A model generated the notes under the pieces. That model had not been told where the DNA came from, searched no databases, and saw only the letters and a program-made list of their open reading frames with translations. From contig CAYUEN010000004.1 of the NCBI GenBank assembly GCA_964443745.1, forward strand, positions 13,802-77,801: a stretch of DNA of 64,000 nt, written 5' to 3'. Positions 37,886-45,000 of this stretch are shown here, one piece after another; the first letter of the stretch is position 1; each line of letters opens with the position of its first letter. Both the position numbers and the translations under genes were made by a program. This DNA comes from an uncultured Campylobacterales bacterium (GTDB taxonomy: Bacteria; Campylobacterota; Campylobacteria; Campylobacterales; QNZT01).

Positions 37886-38701
37886 CTATTTGTAAAGCTC
37901 CACATAGAGTTTCGTGACTTCGTCCATTTTCTTTGTGATATCGTCAGTCGTCGTGAAGACGATAAAAGGAAGTCCTCCTTTTTCGATACCGAGATAGAAT
38001 TTGTAGACGATTTTCCACAGTTTGTCGATCTGTTTCAGTTTGTGATCGATGGTAGGGGTGTTGGTGGCGTTCGCCATCAAGTCCGCATGGTTTTGCGCGA
38101 ATTCATTGACTGCCTGTTTCATCTGATCGACCGTATTTTTGTCGTTGATCCCCGATTGATACGCGATGTAGTATTTGGCGATACGTTGCGCCAGCATTCG
38201 CTGCTTTCCGGATTTGGCGACGATGACCGACTCTTTGTGGGCCGATCCCTTCTTGAGTGCATCCACTACGAACTGGCTTCCTTCCAGAATCGATTCGCTC
38301 AGATCGAGTGCCAGCTGGGCGTTGTCGAGGTTGAAAGGTTGCTTGAGCAACGCTTTGAACTCGTCGCTGCTGAGTTTGACGAACGAGAGTAGGTTTTTGA
38401 TTTCGGGATCACTGATGGCGGAATTGAGACGCTGATAGTTGCTCTCGAACTCTTTGAGTGTGGCATCGAGTTGTTTGCTGGCCTTTCCTACGGCTATCTT
38501 TTTCCCCAGGTAAAGATAGTCTTTCGCCATTCGCTGGGAGAGCATTCTCTGTTTTCCCGCTATGTCTATCAATGCCATTTTTTCCGATTTGTCCACCGTT
38601 ACGATGTCGTTGTTTTGGGGAGTGCCGGCCGCAAAAGCTATACCGCTTCCTCCTGTAAGTATGAGAAACAACAACGCTGTTTTGAAAATCTCTTTTTTCA
38701 T
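37886..38701 (-). CDS. Secreted double PilJ-type (NarX P-box-like) four-helix-bundle sensor-module protein, no output domain
   Basis: Signal peptide, two modules with IAGKQRMLSQRMAKDY and KSGKQRMLAQRIAKYY. The stop abuts the next start with a 0-nt gap. Confidence 0.6.
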   Translation of the reverse strand: MKKEIFKTALLFLILTGGSGIAFAAGTPQNNDIVTVDKSEKMALIDIAGKQRMLSQRMAKDYLYLGKKIAVGKASKQLDATLKEFESNYQRLNSAISDPEIKNLLSFVKLSSDEFKALLKQPFNLDNAQLALDLSESILEGSQFVVDALKKGSAHKESVIVAKSGKQRMLAQRIAKYYIAYQSGINDKNTVDQMKQAVNEFAQNHADLMANATNTPTIDHKLKQIDKLWKIVYKFYLGIEKGGLPFIVFTTTDDITKKMDEVTKLYVELYK

Positions 38702-38705
38702 AATA

Positions 38706-39494
38706 CTATTTTCCTTTCGTTTCTGATTCCATTTGAGCGTACAACCCCGTTACCGTATTCATATCTTTGAGTATTTCGTTGGATTTTTTGTATATCAAAG
38801 AGGGGATGAATTTACTGCTCGATCGGTTCATGATTTCGAAAAACATGAACGAGCGTTTCACTTTTTGCAGCAGTTTGGAAATTTCCGGTGTATTTTTCTC
38901 GTAGCCGATGAGCAGATCCAGGGAGTCTTTGAAAAGTTTCATCGCACTCTCCATTTTCCGTTTGAATTCCGGATCGTCCACACCCCAGACTCTGAGCATG
39001 TAAAGTCCGGCCATACGCTGTGAAAGCATTCGCTGGCGTCCGGAGATATTGATGATCTCCCCTGACTTTTTACCGGTCGCTTTGGCGAAAAGTTTCGTCG
39101 TGTCGTCGGCGTACTTGAGCAGTGTCTCGAGCTTTGGTTGAAGCATTTTCGCCTTCTCTTTTTCGGGTTTTTCCAGTAGCGTTTTTTTGAGAGGTTTCCA
39201 GAGGGCCATACTCTTTTCGATACTTTTTTTGATTTGGGAGTCGTTCGTGAAACGGTAGAGCAACTCCATATGGTTTTCGAAAGCTTCCATCGTTTTACGC
39301 AGATCCTCTTCGGGATTTCCAAAGGCGTTTCCCATTCCGATCATAGCGTAGTCTTTCAACATGCGCTGCGTGAACATACGCTGTTTTCCGGCGACATCGA
39401 CTGCCTGGGAAAGCGAGGTGATTTCCAGAGCCCATCCAATCGTCGAAAAGAGCAGCAAACATAGTATCCATATCGTTTTAATCGGACCGAAAAT
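38706..39494 (-). CDS. Secreted double PilJ-type sensor-module protein (start codon uncertain)
   Basis: Modules VAGKQRMFTQRMLKDY and ISGRQRMLSQRMAGLY. Track start TTG 39458 cuts a signal peptide in half and has no SD. The frame stays open upstream to ATT 39494 / ATC 39497, just after AAGGAG (39506-39501). Confidence 0.55.
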   Translation of the reverse strand: MFGPIKTIWILCLLLFSTIGWALEITSLSQAVDVAGKQRMFTQRMLKDYAMIGMGNAFGNPEEDLRKTMEAFENHMELLYRFTNDSQIKKSIEKSMALWKPLKKTLLEKPEKEKAKMLQPKLETLLKYADDTTKLFAKATGKKSGEIINISGRQRMLSQRMAGLYMLRVWGVDDPEFKRKMESAMKLFKDSLDLLIGYEKNTPEISKLLQKVKRSFMFFEIMNRSSSKFIPSLIYKKSNEILKDMNTVTGLYAQMESETKGK

Positions 39495-39647
39495 GATCGA
39501 CTCCTTATGCTGTTTCGTTGATTTTGTTGCCTATATGGCTATTATGAGCTATATCGGCCGTTTTAAAATTGTCTTGAGTGGGGAAGAAGAGACGGTTTTG
39601 ATGTTACATGATTGCCTCTCTTGTGCGACCGAAAGAGAATACGGCTG

Positions 39648-40172
39648 ATGTTCAAAAGAGATCAAGCAAAGACTCAATACCATGTTCGAATGGTACGGAG
39701 AATCTTCAAAAAGAACAGAAACAATCGAAAGCTCGATGCCTTCATCGCCAAATACAAAATCCCCAGAGAGTATCTCTCCGTCAACCGGAGATCGATCTTT
39801 CGGGGGATTTGGATCGGCCTTTTCTGGGGATTTATCCCGATGCCGTTCCAGATGCTGGGGGTGCTTTCGCTCACGCCTTTTTTGAGGTTCAACGTTCCTA
39901 TCGCGATTACGATGGTGTGGCTCAGCAATCCCGTGACGATGCCTTTTATGTACTATATGGAATACAAGACGGGGTTGTTTTTGATGGGAAAAGAGGGGCT
40001 TCCCGACGTGCAGTTGACGCTGCAGTGGTTTCAGGATCACTGGGACGATATTCTCGTGCCGCTTTATGTCGGGACGCTTCCGTATTCTCTGCTTGTGGCG
40101 CCGCTGGTCGCCTATCTGATCAACTGGCTTTGGATCCACTCCGTCAGGCGCGAAAGGGCGGAGCGCAAATAG
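39648..40172 (+). CDS. DUF2062-family membrane protein
   Basis: FIAKYKIPREYLSVNRRSIFRGIWIGLFWGFIPMPFQM...NPVTMPFMYYMEYKTG. Start ATG 39648; the track ORF starts at TTG 39612. Confidence 0.65.
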   Translation: MFKRDQAKTQYHVRMVRRIFKKNRNNRKLDAFIAKYKIPREYLSVNRRSIFRGIWIGLFWGFIPMPFQMLGVLSLTPFLRFNVPIAITMVWLSNPVTMPFMYYMEYKTGLFLMGKEGLPDVQLTLQWFQDHWDDILVPLYVGTLPYSLLVAPLVAYLINWLWIHSVRRERAERK

Positions 40173-40175
40173 CGC

Positions 40176-41339
40176 CTATGCGATGCACTCCACCGGTGCG
40201 AAGCCGTTTAAGAAACTATCCTCGATGCCCCACCATCTTTTGACGATCGTCCGATAGAGCGAGCGGTAATCGGTCGTGTATTTCAAATCGCCGTTGCTAT
40301 CCAGGTCGGTGAGTGAAGGCTGTTTCGAGTAAAAACCCCCTTTGACTTTTCCGCCTATCATGAAATGCGGCGCAGCGGTGCCATGGTCGGTGCCGTTGCT
40401 GGCGTTTGCGGCCGGGCGTCTGCCAAACTCCGAGTAAGTCATGATCACCGTCTTGTCCCAGTGGCCGGTTTCGATCAAGCCCTCTTTGAAGGCTCGAAGC
40501 GCGTCGGAGAACTCCTCCAGCAATCTTTCATGCGTGGGCGCCTGGTTTTGATGGGTGTCGAAACTCCCCAGCGCCACTTTGAAAACGGGCGCCTTGATGC
40601 CGTTTTTGAGCAAAAAGGCGATGTTTTCGAGTTTTTTGCCGAATTTGGTCTTCGGAAATTCCGTTTTGATCGGTTCTGGATTTTCCATACTCCGTTTCAT
40701 CTTTTGCACCGCATCCGCAAGATCGTTTTGTGTGTTCACAATATGGCTGAGCATCGCATCTTCGAAACGACCTTCGATATGCGCTACGTCGCCCGCTTTT
40801 TCGAGAAAACTCTGGGGCGAATCGAAGACGATGTTGTTCATCCCGGGTGCCGTGAAAGGTTTGGTGTCGTCGTTGCCGACGGTGAGCGAATCGCTGAAAA
40901 AGCTGCCGGGCACCTTGTGCGTTTCAAAGAGTCTGCCGATCCATCCTTTGCTCAGATACCGACCGCTGCCCGATGCCGTGGTCCAGATATCGATGGAGCG
41001 AAAATGCGAACGGTTCGGATCGGGATACCCCACACCCAAAACGATCGCCAGCTCCTCTTCGTCCCAGATCTCTTTGAGTTTCGAGAGTTTCGGGTGAAGC
41101 CCCAGTCTCTCATCAAGCGCCAAAACCTCCTCTTTGGGTACCGCCAGTGTGCCTCTTAGTTCGTAATAGTGTGGATCTTGATAGGGAATGACGGTATTAA
41201 GACCGTCGTTTCCACCCTCCAGCTCCACCAACACGACGATTCTCTCTTTCGGTATGCCGCTATTTGCCCACATCGCGGAAGGTATCGCCAACGACGCCGC
41301 GCTCAATGCGCCGAATCTGATAAATTCTCTTCTTTTCAT
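40176..41339 (-). CDS. DUF1501-family (sulfatase/alkaline-phosphatase-fold) Tat-exported protein, copy 1
   Basis: Start ATG 41339 after GAGGTG. Twin-arginine leader MKRREFIRFGALSAASLAIPSAMWA, EGGNDGLNTVIP, GSFDTHQNQ, TDHGTAAP. Confidence 0.8.
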   Translation of the reverse strand: MKRREFIRFGALSAASLAIPSAMWANSGIPKERIVVLVELEGGNDGLNTVIPYQDPHYYELRGTLAVPKEEVLALDERLGLHPKLSKLKEIWDEEELAIVLGVGYPDPNRSHFRSIDIWTTASGSGRYLSKGWIGRLFETHKVPGSFFSDSLTVGNDDTKPFTAPGMNNIVFDSPQSFLEKAGDVAHIEGRFEDAMLSHIVNTQNDLADAVQKMKRSMENPEPIKTEFPKTKFGKKLENIAFLLKNGIKAPVFKVALGSFDTHQNQAPTHERLLEEFSDALRAFKEGLIETGHWDKTVIMTYSEFGRRPAANASNGTDHGTAAPHFMIGGKVKGGFYSKQPSLTDLDSNGDLKYTTDYRSLYRTIVKRWWGIEDSFLNGFAPVECIA

Positions 41340-41347
41340 GATGCACC

Positions 41348-42667
41348 TCATTTGAGATTGTAGACAGGATCGAGCAGAATCGACGAAAATCGACTCTTCG
41401 GATCCGTCGTTTGTGTGACCGGACCGGTTACCAGCAGCCATTTTTGAAGCGTAGCGTATGTCGGGTCGGTGCGTTCTTGGTATCGCCTCTGCATCGCTTT
41501 GACCGCTTTTTGCAGAAAGCTTCGCCTCTTAGCCAGTGAGCCCGTGGTGATCCACGCCTTTGCCCCCGGCCATCCTTTGACGTTGGGCGGATTGAAAAGC
41601 TCCTGTCCCATCGCTTTGGCGGAGTTGAAAAGGTAGCGGTGCGGTACGGACTTGATTCCAAACGTTCGCACGCTTCCTACGACCAGCTCCACCGGAGATT
41701 TGATCAGATACGCTCTCTTCGCTTCGTTTTTGAAAGCCTCCGAATATAGAATCTCCCGCAGCAACACCTCGATCTCGTAGCCGCTTTTTCTGAATTTTTC
41801 CGCGATACGCGCTACCTCGTGTTTGTTGATTTCGGGTGAGACGAATTCGCGATAGAACTTTTCGGAGATAAATTCGGCGGTACGGTTTTGTTCCAGGATG
41901 ATATCGATGATATCGTCTCCGTCGAATCGTCCCGTTTTGCCAAGAAATCTCTTTTCCCCGAAATCGTGTACCTTCGGATTGAACTTGAATTTCCCGCTTT
42001 TTCTATCGACCGTCCAGCCGGTAAAAGCGCGTGCCGCCGCTTTGATGTCCGCTTCGGTGTAGTGCCCCTCGCCCAGTGTGAAAAGCTCCAGCAACTCTCT
42101 GGCGAAGTTTTCGTTGGGATGGGATTTTTTGTTGCTGACATTGTCCAGATAGATCAACATCGCCGGATCTTTGGCGATCTCTCTCAGAAGTACCGCGAAG
42201 TTTCCCAGCGCCTCGCGCCTGAGCAGTATGTTTTGTCTCAGCATCAGATTCGGCCACTTGACCTTCGGAAGTTGCGAGGTGAAATGATTGTGCCAAAAAA
42301 GCGTCATCTTCTCCGTGACGGGGGAGGTCGTGGCGATCATCTCGTCGATCCACCACAACTGCAGTTGTCTCCATCTTCGGCGACGAAGCTTGCGAAGCAG
42401 CTTTTTCTCCTTTGCGGTGAGTTGTCTGTATCTCTTCTCTTTCAGCAGGGAAGTCCCGTACCACTCCGGATAGGGGGTTTGCGCCTCATCACCGCTCTCT
42501 TCGAGCAATTTTTTGACGGCTTGCTCGTATGTCAGGGGCCGGAGGGCTTCGATCTCTTCTATCGAAGCGCCAAAACCGGTGCGATCGAGTAAAAAACGCG
42601 CCATTTCGAACTCCAGTGCCAGAAGCAGCGTGGGCAACAACGCCACCAGCAGCGCCACTCTTTTCAT
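41348..42667 (-). CDS. DUF1800-family protein, copy 1
   Basis: Signal peptide, ARFLLDRTGFGAS, FWHNHFTS, NENFARELLELFTLGEG, and PPNVKGWPG. Confidence 0.8.
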   Translation of the reverse strand: MKRVALLVALLPTLLLALEFEMARFLLDRTGFGASIEEIEALRPLTYEQAVKKLLEESGDEAQTPYPEWYGTSLLKEKRYRQLTAKEKKLLRKLRRRRWRQLQLWWIDEMIATTSPVTEKMTLFWHNHFTSQLPKVKWPNLMLRQNILLRREALGNFAVLLREIAKDPAMLIYLDNVSNKKSHPNENFARELLELFTLGEGHYTEADIKAAARAFTGWTVDRKSGKFKFNPKVHDFGEKRFLGKTGRFDGDDIIDIILEQNRTAEFISEKFYREFVSPEINKHEVARIAEKFRKSGYEIEVLLREILYSEAFKNEAKRAYLIKSPVELVVGSVRTFGIKSVPHRYLFNSAKAMGQELFNPPNVKGWPGAKAWITTGSLAKRRSFLQKAVKAMQRRYQERTDPTYATLQKWLLVTGPVTQTTDPKSRFSSILLDPVYNLK

Positions 42668-42710
42668 GATATCCTCCTCGTTCGTTTGGATGGTGAAAGT
42701 GTAGAACGGA

Positions 42711-42732
42711 AGTGTTTAGCGAGTGTTTAGTG
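42711..42732. promoter_or_regulatory. Tandem 11-bp-phased direct repeat AGTGTTTAGCG-AGTGTTTAGTG (site 1)
   Basis: Read directly from the sequence. Overlaps the cytochrome c stop codon and lies 44-65 bp upstream of the DUF1800 start (42667). Near-identical to the site at 45001-45022. Confidence 0.5.
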
Positions 42733-43425
42733 GTTCGAAAAATTCGATCGCTTGATCCATTCGGTGAGCGCCTCTATCTCCTGCTCGCTGAGTCTCTGTT
42801 TGAACGCGGGCATCGTCATCCTCTCGAATCCTTTCCATTTGCCATGGCTTCCGTTGGCGATAACATCGGAGATTTCGACGGCGGGTTTGTGTGCAATTTC
42901 TTTAAAGGAGGGAGCCGCTTTTTTCGTTAAGACACCATGGCACGTCAGACACCCTTTGCGTGTGGCCAACTGTTCTCCCAGAGGCAAAGCGTCGAAAGCG
43001 GCCTTTTCTTTCATTTTCGTCAGATATTTTTCCTGATCGTAGTAGTCGAAGATGTATTCCGCGATCGCTCCCACCTCGTCTTCGGTGACGTTTCCTTTTT
43101 GTGAAGGCATCAAACCGTAGGATTCCAGACTCTTTTTGTCGCAAAACGATTTGCTCGCATCGGGATTAAGAACGTAATCTTTGAAAAAATCGACGAATTT
43201 CGGTTTCTTGTCGCTTGGAGAGTCGACTTTGATGGAATCCTTGATATGGAACGCCACCGCCATCATCGGGGGTGCTTTTTCCTCTTCGTACGTTTTGGGC
43301 GGCATATCGAGATTGTGGCAGGATGCGCATTTGTCATGCAGCAGGGTTTTGCCGTCGTAGCGGATCTCTTTTTCGTTGCAGCCGCCCAGGAGAACGATGA
43401 TCAGAAGCGGTAGCAGATTATTCAT
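42727..43425 (-). CDS. Dihaem c-type cytochrome lipoprotein
   Basis: Start ATG 43425 (MNNLLPLLIIVLLGGC lipobox). Two CxxCH motifs (CASCH, CLTCH). Confidence 0.85.
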   Translation of the reverse strand: MNNLLPLLIIVLLGGCNEKEIRYDGKTLLHDKCASCHNLDMPPKTYEEEKAPPMMAVAFHIKDSIKVDSPSDKKPKFVDFFKDYVLNPDASKSFCDKKSLESYGLMPSQKGNVTEDEVGAIAEYIFDYYDQEKYLTKMKEKAAFDALPLGEQLATRKGCLTCHGVLTKKAAPSFKEIAHKPAVEISDVIANGSHGKWKGFERMTMPAFKQRLSEQEIEALTEWIKRSNFSNH

Positions 43426-43729
43426 TCTCTTCCCCGATCTCTTTGGTGATGGAAATGGCTTTGGTATGTAGCAGCGCATCCGCAATCTTTCGATGGGCGC
43501 TTTCGAGGATGCGGGAAAAAGTGGTGCGGGAGATCCCCATTTTTTCCGCCGCGTCCTGCTGATAGAGACCTTCGTAGTCGCTCAGTCGTATGGCCTCCAT
43601 CTCGTCTTTGGCCATCACCACCTTTTCGAGTTCGATTCTTCGTATGCCGCATGGCTTGAAACAGACTCCGGTGTGGTCTTTTTCGATCTTTCGTCTGATC
43701 TTTCTGCGCCCGTGAAGACAAGGGGTCAG
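43418..43729 (-). CDS. DUF134 (UPF0251) family small DNA-binding protein; no canonical start for the conserved N-terminus
   Basis: Track ORF (GTG 43621) holds only the HTH half (EAIRLSDYEGLYQQDAAEKMGISRTTFSRILESAHRKIA). The same frame is open upstream and encodes the family's N-terminal GRRKIRRKI...VCFKPCGI. The only start-like codon there is CTG 43729, and the in-frame stop is at 43733-43735. Confidence 0.55.
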   Translation of the reverse strand: MTPCLHGRRKIRRKIEKDHTGVCFKPCGIRRIELEKVVMAKDEMEAIRLSDYEGLYQQDAAEKMGISRTTFSRILESAHRKIADALLHTKAISITKEIGEENE

Positions 43730-43767
43730 TGCTCACAATGCCCCAATGCCCCAGTGCCTTCAATGTC

Positions 43768-44268
43768 TCAATACTCCAACATCTCTTCGATAAATCGTAC
43801 CATCTCCGACGCTTCGTCATCTCCCAGATCGGCGGCTTTTTGAAACCACGCTTTCGCTTTGTCCAGATCCTGCTCCACCGCTTCGCCTTTGTAGTAGTAC
43901 CACCCCGTGATGAGCATCGCGTCTTTGTCTCCGAGATTTGCGGCGCGTTCGTACCAGTAGAGCGCTTTTTGCGGATCTTGGGGGACGATGTTTCCCTCTC
44001 CGTAGGCGACGCCGAGCAAAAAGGCTGCATCGGCGTTGTGCTGCTCGGTAGCGGCTTTGGAGAGAAGGGTGATCGCTTCTTCGTTGTTGGAGCGGTTGTC
44101 GTCGTAGTAGGCTTTGAGTCCCAGCAGATAGCTCTCGTGCGCAGCCCATAGCGTCAGTGCCGAGTTTTTCAATGTTTTGTCGTGGTAAGAGGTAATGCCT
44201 TCCATGCTTTTATCCATTTCGGCACTAGCGAGTACGGAGCAGAGAAACAAAAACGCCAGATAGCGCAT
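43768..44268 (-). CDS. Secreted Sel1-repeat (TPR-like) protein
   Basis: Signal peptide MRYLAFLFLCSVLASA. Sel1 repeats (AAFLLGVAYGEGNIVPQDPQKALYWYERAA, GDKDAMLITGWYYYKGEAVEQDLDKAKAWFQKAA). Confidence 0.85.
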   Translation of the reverse strand: MRYLAFLFLCSVLASAEMDKSMEGITSYHDKTLKNSALTLWAAHESYLLGLKAYYDDNRSNNEEAITLLSKAATEQHNADAAFLLGVAYGEGNIVPQDPQKALYWYERAANLGDKDAMLITGWYYYKGEAVEQDLDKAKAWFQKAADLGDDEASEMVRFIEEMLEY

Positions 44269-44543
44269 CAGGGGGCGACCTTTAGCTTATGAAGTTTGCG
44301 CTTGATGCGGTTTTCTCTCATTTTTTGCCGAAAACGGCTCTTTTTGAGTCTCTTTTTGAGCTTTTTGCGAAGCTTGTGCGCCCGCGCTTTTTTGAGCTTT
44401 TCCCTGAGTATTTTGCGTTTGAGTTTTTTGGTCTGTTTGACCTTTTCCAGCAGCATAATACGCTCTTTGGGAGTGAGCTTTTCCATCCGCCCGCTCCCAA
44501 AGAGAAACGTCATCGTCAAAACGGCAAGTAACACGATTCGCAT
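44268..44543 (-). CDS. Small exported or anchored, extremely Lys/Arg-rich protein
   Basis: Strong SD (AGGAGATTATT-ATG), hydrophobic N-terminus MRIVLLAVLTMTFLFG, then about 73 aa of which I count 35 K/R. TGATG overlap with the Sel1 start. Confidence 0.6.
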   Translation of the reverse strand: MRIVLLAVLTMTFLFGSGRMEKLTPKERIMLLEKVKQTKKLKRKILREKLKKARAHKLRKKLKKRLKKSRFRQKMRENRIKRKLHKLKVAP

Positions 44544-44598
44544 AATAATCTCCTGATGGGATATTGTACCAAATCAGCGTGCGAATTGACAAAAGAGA

Positions 44599-44952
44599 CT
44601 ATTTGTGTACAATGTCGCCCCTTCCTTTCGCTTTGCCTTTTCCGCCGATGATACCTCTGCCCACACCTTTTCCTTTTCCTTTAAAGCAGCCTTTGCCGAT
44701 GGCGATACCCCTGCCGGAAACCGTACCGTTGCCTTTTTTGTAGCGGATGTGACCTTCCCGATCTTTATAGATGACGATACCTTTTCCGCTGACGGTACCT
44801 TCGCCCTTAAGAGCGAATTTTCCCCGTCCCGCACCTTTTCCTGCGAAGATTCCTTTGCCTTTGACGACACCTGTCCCTTCTACTGTATCTGCCATCGCCG
44901 GAACCGTTGCCAATACCGCGCCCAAAAGTGCTACTGTCATAAGATGTTTCAT
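44599..44952 (-). CDS. Secreted Gly/Lys-rich repeat protein (G-[KR]-G repeats)
   Basis: ATG 44952 after AAGGGG. Signal peptide MKHLMTVALLGAVLATVPAMA. The mature part has about 11 G-K/R-G triplets (KGKGIFAGKGAGRGKF...GKGKGVGRGIIGGKGKAKGRG). Confidence 0.6.
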   Translation of the reverse strand: MKHLMTVALLGAVLATVPAMADTVEGTGVVKGKGIFAGKGAGRGKFALKGEGTVSGKGIVIYKDREGHIRYKKGNGTVSGRGIAIGKGCFKGKGKGVGRGIIGGKGKAKGRGDIVHK

Positions 44953-45000
44953 TTCGAACCCCTTGTGCAAAATTTAATGACAACGTAAATGTAACATCGG

